From Actinomycetota bacterium (GTDB lineage: Bacteria; Actinomycetota; Humimicrobiia; Humimicrobiales; Humimicrobiaceae), in NCBI GenBank assembly GCA_023487035.1, contig JAMDEN010000014.1:683-64682 (forward strand): DNA of 64,000 bases. The letters are read 5' to 3'. Numbering within the stretch: the first letter of the stretch is position 1; the number at the start of each line of letters is the position of its first letter. Of the stretch, positions 38,271 through 48,697 are shown one piece after another. The translations under genes were made by a program, and so were the position numbers. The notes under the pieces were generated by a model. It searched no databases. It saw only the letters and a program-made list of their open reading frames with translations, and had not been told where the DNA came from.

Positions 38271-39233
38271 TTATCTTATACTGTCAGCAATTCTTTTTAA
38301 TTTATCAAATAATTCATCAGTTAATGTTAAATGAAGAGCTTGAAATATTACCTGGGTCCAACCATGTATAAAATAAACCCATCCATCTTCTACTTTAACC
38401 CCTCTTGTTTCTTTTTGAGATTCTGCCTGATGTAAAAAGTCTAACTCTCCTCTATAATTAAATTCCCAAGCCCAGCCATTTTTTGGAAATAAACCATCAT
38501 TAGTAATAGGGGAACCTGGGATATCTTTGCCCATTCCGGTTGCATTTATTACTATGCTATATTCTGGAAGAGCGCCCATAATTTCATCATTTACTTTTGG
38601 ATCTTGATTGCATATATATTCAAACTTTATATCTGTCCCAACTTTTTCTACTATGGCTTTTAAATGATCTAACCTTGGTTGACTTCTGTTAACAACAGTA
38701 ATTTTTTTAGGCTTATCACCTTCATCTTTTTTATTTATAAGATGAAGTACGGTTGCAATACTTGAGCCACCAGCACCAAATATTAAAATTTCAGCATTAT
38801 TATTTTCAAAGTAATTCTTTTTTATAAAATAATCATAACTAGCTCCCGCTGTTATTGGATCCTTTGCGTGCCCTTCCAATCTGCCTTCATTTTTAGAAAT
38901 ACATGAAATTTCATCAAGTAATTTTGCGTATGGATCAAAATAATCAAACATATCTTTTGCAGCTGCATATAAATCCATTTTATGAGTTGTAACAAGAGCT
39001 CCATAACAATTTTCATCATATTTTATTTGTGCAACAGCTTTTCTATAATTTTCCGGTTCATCATGAATTTTTAAATCATATGGATAAATTTTTAAATCTG
39101 AATATCCTAAAGCATCCATCCATAATGGAAAAAGTTTCATTATTGAGGATTTTGTTGTAGTAACCCCAATAAAATAAAAGGATTTCCCTTCTTTTTTAAC
39201 AATATTGTATCTTTTAGCTTCGTCTTCTGCCAT
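38271..39233 (-). CDS. Shikimate-dehydrogenase-like NAD(P) oxidoreductase
   Basis: GALVTTHK; FGAGGS; VNRS; INATGMGKD; FNYRG; DGWVYF; divergent from AroE. Confidence 0.7.
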   Translation of the reverse strand: MAEDEAKRYNIVKKEGKSFYFIGVTTTKSSIMKLFPLWMDALGYSDLKIYPYDLKIHDEPENYRKAVAQIKYDENCYGALVTTHKMDLYAAAKDMFDYFDPYAKLLDEISCISKNEGRLEGHAKDPITAGASYDYFIKKNYFENNNAEILIFGAGGSSIATVLHLINKKDEGDKPKKITVVNRSQPRLDHLKAIVEKVGTDIKFEYICNQDPKVNDEIMGALPEYSIVINATGMGKDIPGSPITNDGLFPKNGWAWEFNYRGELDFLHQAESQKETRGVKVEDGWVYFIHGWTQVIFQALHLTLTDELFDKLKRIADSIR

Positions 39234-39421
39234 TTTTTCTTCCTTCCTATAAATTTCTTTAATTCCAAATTATATTTATAATTAATCCTCAAATTTCATA
39301 ATTATTTAATATCAATAATATTTATTAATAGCTTTATATTAACTTAAATATCTTTATGCTTACCTTTTTATAGAATTATTAAATTTAAAACTTTTTAAAT
39401 TTTTCAATAAAAAATAAATAA

Positions 39422-40402
39422 TTATGGTTCAATTACTGCAAATTTTGGTTTCTCACCTTTTAAAACTGCAAGACAATCTGAAATAGAAATTCTTGTCATC
39501 TCATTAGATGCATTATCAGTAGCCGCACCCATATGAGGTGTTGCTATTACTTGTTTTAAAGATAATAATTTATTATCGCTGTCTGGCGGTTCTTTTTTAA
39601 ATGTATCCAGTGCAACAGCTCTAACTTTCCCGTTTACCAAACTTTCATATAACGCATCTTCATCTATAAGTTCTCCCCGTGAAGTATTAATAAGTATTAC
39701 TCCATCTTTCATTTTTTCTATATTCTCTTTATTAATTATATTTGAAGTTTTGGCAGTAACTGGGATATGAAGAGAAATAAAATCAGAATTTTTAAAAAGA
39801 TCATCAATCTCTGCATACTCTATGTTGTATTTTGAAGCAAATTCTTTATCAAAATAAATATCATATGCTAATATTTTCATTTCAAATAATGATAACCTTT
39901 TTGCAAGTTCTTTTCCTATGTTACCAAATCCAATTATTCCAAAAGTTTTATCACATAAAGAAATTCCAGAAAGTCTTGGCCAAGATCCTGTTTTAGTTTG
40001 AGTATCTGCAATAATAATATTTCTAGCAGCAGCTATAGCTAAACCTATTGTTAATTCTGCTACAGACACTGAATTAACACCTGGAGTATTTGTAACATAT
40101 ATTCCAGCTTTTTTTGCTGCTTCTAAATCAACTCTGTCAACTCCAGCGCCATATCTTGCTATAACTTTTAAATTTTTTGCATTTTCTATAACTTTACCAG
40201 TAATTTCATCAAGACCAGCAATCATTCCATCAAATTTTTCAATTATTGGTAATAAATCTGCCTCTTTTAGTGGTTTACCAGTAGTATTATAAACTACTTC
40301 ACCGACCATTTTTTCAAGATCCTTTGCTAAGTCTTTATTGTATTTTGCAAAGCTTGTGGGAGTAACAAGAATTTTACAATCCTTTAAGTCTTTAATCGTC
40401 AT
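39422..40402 (-). CDS. D-2-hydroxyacid dehydrogenase (phosphoglycerate dehydrogenase-like, no ACT domain)
   Basis: RYGAGVDRVD; NTPGVN; GFGNIG; NTSRG; TPHMGA. Confidence 0.9.
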   Translation of the reverse strand: MTIKDLKDCKILVTPTSFAKYNKDLAKDLEKMVGEVVYNTTGKPLKEADLLPIIEKFDGMIAGLDEITGKVIENAKNLKVIARYGAGVDRVDLEAAKKAGIYVTNTPGVNSVSVAELTIGLAIAAARNIIIADTQTKTGSWPRLSGISLCDKTFGIIGFGNIGKELAKRLSLFEMKILAYDIYFDKEFASKYNIEYAEIDDLFKNSDFISLHIPVTAKTSNIINKENIEKMKDGVILINTSRGELIDEDALYESLVNGKVRAVALDTFKKEPPDSDNKLLSLKQVIATPHMGAATDNASNEMTRISISDCLAVLKGEKPKFAVIEP

Positions 40403-40472
40403 TATGTTTTATCCCTCTTCTAATTTCTTCTTAAAAATATTCTTAAAAATATCCATATTTATTTAATTAATT

Positions 40473-41057
40473 TTATTTCCACTTTGGATTATCAATTATT
40501 TCTGGTTTGCCATTTTCTTCTATTACTAACTTTCTGAAGCCTTTAGTTTCTATTGTCGCATAATCATGCCCTGCATTTGCAGGATATGCAAATATAGTAA
40601 CTAAGTCCTCATCACTTTTAATATTAATTGAACGATGTGCCCATCTACCCGGAACATACAAAACAGTGTTTGGAAGTAATTCTTCTGCAGCCCAATCCCC
40701 TTCAGGATTTTCCATCATCATATAGCCATGGCCTTTTACACAATAATAAAATTCTGCAGTATCAAGAATTTGGTGAAAATGTCCTTTTGTCATAAAATAT
40801 TCATTACCAACCTTCCCAGGATGAACTATTGACATCCCTTGTAAGAGCTCTCCTTCAACCTCTGGAGCAAATTTTTCATAAACTTCATATAAAATACAAT
40901 CTTCTTTTTTAATCATTTCCTCATATGCTTTTTCATCCATGTATTGCCCCTTCATAGAAGACAGCTTTCTAATAATATGATTATCTGGATTTGATATCTC
41001 TTCATTTTTTATATCTACCTTATAGGTAAAAGGTTTGAAATTTTTATTATCACGCAT
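40473..41057 (-). CDS. Cupin-type (archaeal-type) glucose-6-phosphate isomerase
   Basis: PGKVGNEYFMTKGHFH...AEFYY...YVPGRWAHRSIN...AGHDY. Confidence 0.88.
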   Translation of the reverse strand: MRDNKNFKPFTYKVDIKNEEISNPDNHIIRKLSSMKGQYMDEKAYEEMIKKEDCILYEVYEKFAPEVEGELLQGMSIVHPGKVGNEYFMTKGHFHQILDTAEFYYCVKGHGYMMMENPEGDWAAEELLPNTVLYVPGRWAHRSINIKSDEDLVTIFAYPANAGHDYATIETKGFRKLVIEENGKPEIIDNPKWK

Positions 41058-41248
41058 TTATTATCCTTTCAGTTTTTTTATAATTTAATTTTTTGTAATT
41101 TATAAATTTTCTTATTTTACTAAACAAATATTTTTTCTTTTCTTTTTCTTTTTAAACTATTTTTTTACTGTTTTCTATTTTTTTATTAATTCTATTTTTT
41201 AATAAAACTTGGATATAAAAAATTTTAAAATAACTGCGCCTTGTTTAA

Positions 41249-42235
41249 TTAGTATTTACTTATACTAAAAAAATTTGCTGCATTTTCTCCAATTATCTTA
41301 TTAATTGCTTTTAATTTTAAATTTTTAGCTAATGCAGTATTTCTTATATCATTAAAAAATCCAAAATAACCTTTATTTGATATAAACTTTTTCCACATCT
41401 CATTATCAGCAATATCTGTTCCAATCATAACAGAGCTTTTAAAGCCTTCTTCTACCATTTTCTCAATCAACGGCCAAACATTTATAGAAGGATTATATTT
41501 TTCTCTCAAAAAAGTATCATATTCTAAGAAAAAACCTTCTTTTGCTAAATTTTTATGTAAATTAAAATCATTTCTTTTATCCATATGACATAAGACAACC
41601 CTACTTGGGTTTATTTTTTTAGATTCAATATAATTTATAAAATATTCAATATTTAAACCTTGCTCAGTATGCACTAAAATAGGAAGCTTGGTTTCAATAG
41701 AAGCATAAATGGCAGCATCAGTTAATATCTTTAATTGATTATCTTCTAAATTTCCAACAAAAGGTATCTTAATAACTCCAGCTTTTACTTTAATATTATC
41801 AGTAAGAGTTTCTTTTAAGCCCTGCGTATATTCGTTTATAAAGAAAGCTTGAGCTTCTTTTAAACTCATGCTCCATATTTTTGAATTAGGCGGGTAATAT
41901 TGCCTTTTATGAAATCCTGTAACAGAAATAATATTTACTCCTGTCTTTAACGAAAACTCATATAATTTATTGCCATCTCTTCCGCATTCATAAGGGGTAC
42001 AATCAACTAATGAACCATTAAGTTTTGTTTTAAAATCAGTTAATTCGTCTAAAATCAAAGAAAAATCATTTACTTCTGAAATAAAATTATTTAATTCATC
42101 CTCATATTTTTTTATCCAAATATGAGTATGGCAATCTATAACATTAAAAAAAGTATTTTCTATCAAACCTCTTACGGTTTGTATAAATTTTTCTTTTTTA
42201 TTTCCATTATTATTTAAATTTTTATTCTTTATCAT
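41249..42235 (-). CDS. Phosphotriesterase-family amidohydrolase (probable sugar lactonase)
   Basis: IQTVRG; DCHTH; DCTP...GRD; TGFH; AGVIK; VHT; CHMD; GTD. Confidence 0.82.
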   Translation of the reverse strand: MIKNKNLNNNGNKKEKFIQTVRGLIENTFFNVIDCHTHIWIKKYEDELNNFISEVNDFSLILDELTDFKTKLNGSLVDCTPYECGRDGNKLYEFSLKTGVNIISVTGFHKRQYYPPNSKIWSMSLKEAQAFFINEYTQGLKETLTDNIKVKAGVIKIPFVGNLEDNQLKILTDAAIYASIETKLPILVHTEQGLNIEYFINYIESKKINPSRVVLCHMDKRNDFNLHKNLAKEGFFLEYDTFLREKYNPSINVWPLIEKMVEEGFKSSVMIGTDIADNEMWKKFISNKGYFGFFNDIRNTALAKNLKLKAINKIIGENAANFFSISKY

Positions 42236-42350
42236 TTTACGAAATCTTATTTTATTCTTCTTAACTAAATATTATTTAAATAATTTTAAAAATCATAAAA
42301 ATAAAATTTAAATCAAACTTTTTAGCTTTAAATATAAATAAAATCAGATT

Positions 42351-43940
42351 TTAAGGTAAATTCTTTAATTTTTTAAAAATTAAATTAGTATCCTGTAAAA
42401 GTTCTTCATAAAAACTTGAATATTTTTTATATAAATCAACAATTTGCTCTTGAGGTTCTAATATATAATTTATTTCATTAAATTTATTAGCTGTATTTTT
42501 TAAATCAGTAAATATCCCTGTGGCAAACCCAGCAAGTATTGCTGAGCCTAAAACCCCAAATTCTTCTCTTTTTAATTTAACATAAGGTAAATTTAAAACA
42601 TTTGCTTTTAATTGATTCCAAAATTTACTTTTGCTGCCTCCGCCTATAACTCTTGCTTCTTTTACTTTTAAGTCTGTTATTAAAGATTTTTCAACTTTTA
42701 AATAAATAAGATATTCATAAGCTATTGATTCTAGAATAGACCTATATAAATGTTCTTTTTTATGACGCCAAGTAAGACCTACCCAACTTCCTTTTAAATT
42801 AGGATCGTTTGGACAAACTCTTCCTCCTAAATGAGGAATAAAGAATAATTTTTCAGAACCAGCTGAAATTTTTGATGCAAGATTATCAAATATTTCATAT
42901 TCTTTTCCATTGAATAATTCTTGCATGATATAAATATTATTAATATCCTTAATATCTGGATTCTTAATTATTTCATCTCTAAACCATCTTATATCCAATC
43001 CCCCTCCGTTAATATAAGCAATTGCATACCATAAATCTTCAAGAACTGTTCTAGCAGTTAATAAAGTCTTATTTTTAACATCAGGGACATATTTATCAAC
43101 ACAAATTGAAAAAACTGAAGCAGTTCCAGCAACATCAAAAATCATTCCTGAATCATTAATGGCAGCTCCAAGAATGTTTGCCGCTTGATCTCCGCACCCT
43201 GCAGCTATAGGTGTTCCTTCTAATAATCCTGTAATGTTTGCAGTTTCTTTATTTACCTTACCAATAATTTCCCAAGGCTTTATAATTTTTGGCAGTTTAT
43301 TTGCTGGTAAATTAAATTCATTACATAAATCTTCAGACCATTTATTATTTAAAATATCAGCAAAACATGAAAAATGAATATAAGTATAATCAATAAAAGC
43401 TTCATCACTTTTTAATCCAGCCATTTCACCAGCAACATATGCAGAAGGCATGATAAATTTTGAAATCTTTCTAAAAATATCAGGTCTTTCATTCTTCCAC
43501 CACAACATTTTAGGACCATGAGAAAAAGTTGGAGGCCCACCTGATAGTGAGATTACTTTATCTTTTACTGAATTTAATATAGTTATATAGTCCGAACACC
43601 TTGTATCTAACCAAGAATCATACGGAATAACTGGTTGCCAATTATTATCTACCGCACATATACCTGCCATTTGCCCATCAATAGAAATACCAAAAATATC
43701 TTTTGGACTAATTAAATTTGATGATTGTGCTCTTTGTAGGCAATCTTTTATTGTATCAATTACAGAATAATAAATTTCATTCATATCTTGCTCAACAGCA
43801 CCAGGTTCTGGATAATAAAGTTTTGATTCTTGAAAAGATTCAGAAATAAGATCTCCATCATCATTAAAAATTGCGGTTTTTGTCCCACTTGTTCCAATAT
43901 CTATTCCGATAAGGTATTTATTACTTCTCATTAACTGCAT
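42351..43940 (-). CDS. FGGY-family carbohydrate kinase (xylulokinase-like)
   Basis: GIDIGTSGTK; DGQM; WLDTR; GCGDQ; AGTA; IGGGSKS. Confidence 0.92.
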   Translation of the reverse strand: MQLMRSNKYLIGIDIGTSGTKTAIFNDDGDLISESFQESKLYYPEPGAVEQDMNEIYYSVIDTIKDCLQRAQSSNLISPKDIFGISIDGQMAGICAVDNNWQPVIPYDSWLDTRCSDYITILNSVKDKVISLSGGPPTFSHGPKMLWWKNERPDIFRKISKFIMPSAYVAGEMAGLKSDEAFIDYTYIHFSCFADILNNKWSEDLCNEFNLPANKLPKIIKPWEIIGKVNKETANITGLLEGTPIAAGCGDQAANILGAAINDSGMIFDVAGTASVFSICVDKYVPDVKNKTLLTARTVLEDLWYAIAYINGGGLDIRWFRDEIIKNPDIKDINNIYIMQELFNGKEYEIFDNLASKISAGSEKLFFIPHLGGRVCPNDPNLKGSWVGLTWRHKKEHLYRSILESIAYEYLIYLKVEKSLITDLKVKEARVIGGGSKSKFWNQLKANVLNLPYVKLKREEFGVLGSAILAGFATGIFTDLKNTANKFNEINYILEPQEQIVDLYKKYSSFYEELLQDTNLIFKKLKNLP

Positions 43941-44147
43941 TCCTTTATAATTTAATATTTAATTCCCTTTACATCAAAATATTTGTTTTATTTAAAAGTA
44001 AAAATATTTTTAAAAAATTAAAGAATTTTAAAAAATTAATTTAAAATATTAAAATCAAAAAAATTTATAAAAAACAAAATTAAAAAATTAAATTAATATA
44101 ATAATATAATAATTAATTATTATGATAATTTATTAAGCATTAATAAT

Positions 44148-45227
44148 TTAAACATTAAACATTACTTTTAAAACATTTTCTAATTTTGCATTTTTAAATG
44201 CTTCTTCTGCTTCCGATAATGAATACCTTATACTAATTAACTTTTTTAAATCTATTTTCTTTGCAGCAATAAGCTCTACTGACTTCCTATATTGCAAGAT
44301 ACTTTGCCCAGTAGTTCCTGTAACAATTATATGTTTATAATGAATAATATTAGATTTAAAATTAATAATATCCTGACCTTTAGGAAGGCCGCCAAAAAAC
44401 AATATCCTACCCTGTATCGCAACAAGATCTAAGCTATCTTCCTGGGCTTTTTTTGAAGGAGCTGTGATAATTATGACATCCGCTCCTCTGCCATAACTAT
44501 TAGCCAAAATAAATTCTTTCAAATTTTCATTTTGTGGATTAATTACTAAATCAGCACCAAATTTTAAAGCTTGCTCGCTTCTTATTTTACTAATTTCACT
44601 AACTATTATTTTTTGTGCACCTCTTAATTTTGCCATCATTACATGCAAAATTCCCATAGGACCTGCACCCATTATTAAAACAATATCTTTTGGCCCAATT
44701 TCAACAGCTTCTGAAGCACAAAATACTGTAGACAAGGGTTCAGCTAGTGATGCTTCTTCAAAAGAAACATTGTCTTGTAATAAATAAATATTTCCTTGTC
44801 GAATATATTCTTCTGGAATAACCATATATTCAGCAAAAGATCCATTTAAATTAATTCCTATTGCGGAATAATCTTCACAATAATTACTTTGGCCAGATAC
44901 ACATTGATCACATACCCCACACCCTATATTTGGCGCCATTGACAATCTCATTCCAACTTTAAATTGTTTGATATTTGAGCCAACTTCAGCTATTTCACCA
45001 GCAACTTCATGTCCTAAAATTATTTTTTTATCAAGTGGATTTTTAAAATGGCCAAATTCTTTAATTTTTAAATCTGTTGCACAAATTGATGTAGTTTTTA
45101 CTTTTAATAATATTTCATCAGATTTAATTTTCGGAATTGGGATATCTTCAACTTTAATTAAACCTTTACCTTGGTATACTACTGCTAACATAAAACTCCT
45201 ATTAATATTATTTTTTATCTTTAACAT
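44148..45227 (-). CDS. Zn-dependent medium-chain (polyol/sorbitol-type) dehydrogenase
   Basis: ICATD; GHE; CGVCDQCVSGQSNYC; EPL; GAGPMG. Confidence 0.9.
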   Translation of the reverse strand: MLKIKNNINRSFMLAVVYQGKGLIKVEDIPIPKIKSDEILLKVKTTSICATDLKIKEFGHFKNPLDKKIILGHEVAGEIAEVGSNIKQFKVGMRLSMAPNIGCGVCDQCVSGQSNYCEDYSAIGINLNGSFAEYMVIPEEYIRQGNIYLLQDNVSFEEASLAEPLSTVFCASEAVEIGPKDIVLIMGAGPMGILHVMMAKLRGAQKIIVSEISKIRSEQALKFGADLVINPQNENLKEFILANSYGRGADVIIITAPSKKAQEDSLDLVAIQGRILFFGGLPKGQDIINFKSNIIHYKHIIVTGTTGQSILQYRKSVELIAAKKIDLKKLISIRYSLSEAEEAFKNAKLENVLKVMFNV

Positions 45228-45232
45228 TTTTT

Positions 45233-46252
45233 TTATAAATTTACTGGCATTCCCTTCTTTATAGATTCATTTGCTGCAATTACTGCCTTTACAGCATGTT
45301 TTCCATCTTTACCAGTCACAATTGGGGTTTTATTATCTAATATACATTCAATAAAGTGTCTATCTTCAGCTATATAGGCTTCATGAAATCTTTTTTTCCA
45401 ACTTAAAACTTGTGGAGAGACACATCCTTTATTTCTTGTGCAAGTAATTGTGGTATGTTCCTTTAAATAACCTATAAAGATAACACCCTTAGTTCCAACA
45501 ATTTCAACTCTTGCATCATAGCCATAATCACAAGGACAAACACTATCAATTACTCCAAAAACTTCGTTATTTAATGTTGCTAATACTGTGGCATTATCAT
45601 AAAAATCAGGATACTCTTTACCTATTTCAGGATTTTTTGAATTTTTTGCTACTGAATAAATTACTTTATAATCAGATTCAGCTAGCCATCTTATAGAATC
45701 AAAATCATGACTATTTACCTCTGCTAACGTTCCATTACTATTTTTAATATCATAAGCCCATTTCCCGGGAAGACCTGGCCCTCTCCCAACTGATTTTATA
45801 ATTAAAGGTTGTCCTATTTCTCCTTCCATAAGCAACTGTTTGCCATTTTTAAATCCATCATCAAAACGTCTCATAAAACCTATTTGTAAAATAACATTTG
45901 CTTTTTTACAAGCTTCAATCATCTTATCGCAGTCTTCCAATGTTATACACATTGGTTTTTCACAAAAAACATGTTTTTTGTTTGCAGCAGCTATCTCTGT
46001 GTATTGACGATGAGTAAATGTTGGTGTAGTTATGACAATAGCATCAAAATCAACATTTTTTATTGCATCATCAAAATTTGTAAATGCTCTTGTTTTATCA
46101 AGATTAAATTTAGAAGCTAAATTTTTTGCTTTTGTTAAATCTGTATCAAATACTGATACTATTTCTGCGTCAGGTATAGAAAATTTATAAACATCTCCAT
46201 GAACTTCACCGGCTCTTCCAGCACCAACAAGACATATTTTTACCTTTTCCAT
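45233..46252 (-). CDS. Gfo/Idh/MocA oxidoreductase (inositol 2-dehydrogenase-like)
   Basis: GAGRAG; CEKP; GFMRRFD; HDFD; YGYDARVE. Confidence 0.88.
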   Translation of the reverse strand: MEKVKICLVGAGRAGEVHGDVYKFSIPDAEIVSVFDTDLTKAKNLASKFNLDKTRAFTNFDDAIKNVDFDAIVITTPTFTHRQYTEIAAANKKHVFCEKPMCITLEDCDKMIEACKKANVILQIGFMRRFDDGFKNGKQLLMEGEIGQPLIIKSVGRGPGLPGKWAYDIKNSNGTLAEVNSHDFDSIRWLAESDYKVIYSVAKNSKNPEIGKEYPDFYDNATVLATLNNEVFGVIDSVCPCDYGYDARVEIVGTKGVIFIGYLKEHTTITCTRNKGCVSPQVLSWKKRFHEAYIAEDRHFIECILDNKTPIVTGKDGKHAVKAVIAANESIKKGMPVNL

Positions 46253-46370
46253 AAACCTACCCTTTGTAAAATTTTTATATAATTTAAATAAAAATAATTT
46301 TATTATTTATTCGTTAATTGGTTTATTTAAACTTAATATTTCATGAATATAAAAAATACTTAATTGATTA

Positions 46371-46422
46371 ATGTTGTAATTACAATATTAATAATGTTAT
46401 TTATTTTTCTTTTTTTTGTCAA
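46371..46422 (-). promoter_or_regulatory. Promoter of the sugar locus with a HutC/GntR-type operator
   Basis: Minus strand TTGACA (46422-46417)-17 nt-TAACAT (46399-46394); palindrome TTGTAATTACAA (46374-46385) at the expected transcription start. Confidence 0.65.
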
Positions 46423-46684
46423 ATTATTTAACTATTTTTTTATTTTTTCTATTTATATCAAATTTATAATTATTAAAGAATATGAAGATATTTTTAGTTG
46501 AATATAAGAATGATAATAAATTATTAATACTCTTAAAAATATTTTTAGCCAGCATTGACGTTGGAACTGCTATGGAAGCATCTAAGAGATTTGAGTAAAA
46601 TTAATTAAATTTTTAGTATTATTGTTTAAAAGAGAAGGTGCTTTTGATAAAACATGGTGAATTAAATAGATTTTTATTTAAACA

Positions 46685-48697
46685 CTATACTGCCTGCTGC
46701 TCGTCAAGGTTTGCTCCCAGGAACTGGCTATTATAAAGTTCTGCATAAAAACCCTTCTTAGCAAGAAGTTCCTTATGATTTCCCATTTCAATAATACTAC
46801 CCTGATTCATTACAAGAATTAATTCCGCATCTCTAATTGTTGAAAGTCTGTGGGCAATTACAAAACTTGTTCTGCCTTTCATAAGTGTTGCCATCGCTTT
46901 TTGAATTAAAACTTCTGTTCTTGTATCAACATTACTTGTAGCTTCATCAAGAATAAGAATCGCGGGATCAGCAAGAAAAGCACGTGCAATAGTTAACAAT
47001 TGTTTTTGTCCTTGTGAAATATTTGTAACTTCCTCATTTAGTACAGTATTATATCCCTCAGGTAATGTTTTTATAAAATGATCAGCATGAGCTGCTTTTG
47101 CTGCATTAATAACTTCTCCCTCAGTTGCACCTTCCTTGCCATAAGCGATATTTTCCATAATAGTTCCGTTAAATAACCATGTATCCTGTAAAACCATACC
47201 GAAAATACTTCTTAAGTTACCACGTTTTATATCTCTAATATCTACCCCATCAATAGTAATTTTCCCCCCATTAATTTCATAAAACCTCATAAGAAGATTT
47301 ACAAGAGTAGTTTTACCGGCACCGGTTGGCCCAACAATGGCAATTGTATGACCTTTTTTAACATCAATATTCATATTCCTTATAAGCGGCTCATCAGCTT
47401 TATAACTGAAATCTACATTTTCAAACTTTACTTCTCCTTCAGGATATTTAAGTACCATTGCATTTTTACTATCAGGAATTTCCTCTTCTTCATCAAGAAG
47501 CTCAAACACTCTCTCAGCAGATGCTATAGTTGACTGAATAATATTTGCAATATTTGCAGTTTGAATTATAGGCATTGTAAACTGGCTGGTATATTGAATA
47601 AATGCCTGAACATTACCAATAGTTATAATTCCTCTTGTTACAAATATGCCACCTGCAACACTAACTATCACATACCCTAAGTTACTTATAAATCTCATAA
47701 GAGGCATAATCATACCTGAGATAAACTGAGCTTTCCAGCCAGCAGCATAAAGTCTTTTATTTATTTGATTAAAAGTCTCAATTGATTCTTTTTCATGTCC
47801 GAAAGACTTTACAATTTTATGACCACCATACATTTCTTCAACATGCCCGTTCAGTTCACCTAATGATTTTTGCTGATGAGCAAAATATTTTTGTGAACGC
47901 CTTGCAATAACAGTTGTTACTAATATATAAAGCGGTAGTGTTAAAATTACTATAAGAGTTAGTAAGGGACTTATTGTCAGCATCATAATGATTACCCCAA
48001 TAATAGTAACAAAAGATGTTATCAGTTGCGTTATACTTTGCTGAAGAGTATTTGCAATATTATCAACATCATTTGTAACACGACTTAAAATATCACCATG
48101 AATTCTTGAATCATAAAATTTAAGTGGCAGTCTGGATAATTTTTCATCTACATCTTTACGCAACTTATAAACAGTTTTTTGTGCAACGCCTGCCATTATA
48201 TACTGCTGAATATAATTAAACAGCGCACTTAAAAGATAGAGAGTTATTAAAATAAGTATTATTATTTGTATATAATGAAAGTCTATTTTACCGCCATTTG
48301 TACTCATTATTTTAGCTATGCCAGCTTTAACCTGATTTAAACTATCTAATACTTTTGGTGTTGCTGTTGCCGGATCAGCGGCAAGCTTAGTTAATTTATC
48401 CTGAGCTGCAAGTAAATCTGCCAAAGCTTTCTTGCTCATTATGCCTTCAAATATTTTAGTTGTAGCTTTTCCTAAAGTCTTTGGCCCGAAAATATTAAAA
48501 ACTGTACCAAGAATTGCAAATATAAAAACAACAATTAACTTAAATTTTTGCGGTTTCAGATACCCTACAAGCCTTATAAAAGTACCTTTAAAATCTTTTG
48601 CTTTTTCAACAGGTCTGCCAGCAAATCCTGCGGGTCCGCCATGTCTTCCCATTGGAGGTCCTATTTCAGCTCTTTCCTTTTTAATTTCTTCACTCAT
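46685..48697 (-). CDS. Heterodimeric ABC exporter subunit (TM288-like)
   Basis: TMD plus NBD; GPTGAGKT; degenerate signature ISQGQ; consensus LILDEAT and IAHR. Confidence 0.93.
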   Translation of the reverse strand: MSEEIKKERAEIGPPMGRHGGPAGFAGRPVEKAKDFKGTFIRLVGYLKPQKFKLIVVFIFAILGTVFNIFGPKTLGKATTKIFEGIMSKKALADLLAAQDKLTKLAADPATATPKVLDSLNQVKAGIAKIMSTNGGKIDFHYIQIIILILITLYLLSALFNYIQQYIMAGVAQKTVYKLRKDVDEKLSRLPLKFYDSRIHGDILSRVTNDVDNIANTLQQSITQLITSFVTIIGVIIMMLTISPLLTLIVILTLPLYILVTTVIARRSQKYFAHQQKSLGELNGHVEEMYGGHKIVKSFGHEKESIETFNQINKRLYAAGWKAQFISGMIMPLMRFISNLGYVIVSVAGGIFVTRGIITIGNVQAFIQYTSQFTMPIIQTANIANIIQSTIASAERVFELLDEEEEIPDSKNAMVLKYPEGEVKFENVDFSYKADEPLIRNMNIDVKKGHTIAIVGPTGAGKTTLVNLLMRFYEINGGKITIDGVDIRDIKRGNLRSIFGMVLQDTWLFNGTIMENIAYGKEGATEGEVINAAKAAHADHFIKTLPEGYNTVLNEEVTNISQGQKQLLTIARAFLADPAILILDEATSNVDTRTEVLIQKAMATLMKGRTSFVIAHRLSTIRDAELILVMNQGSIIEMGNHKELLAKKGFYAELYNSQFLGANLDEQQAV

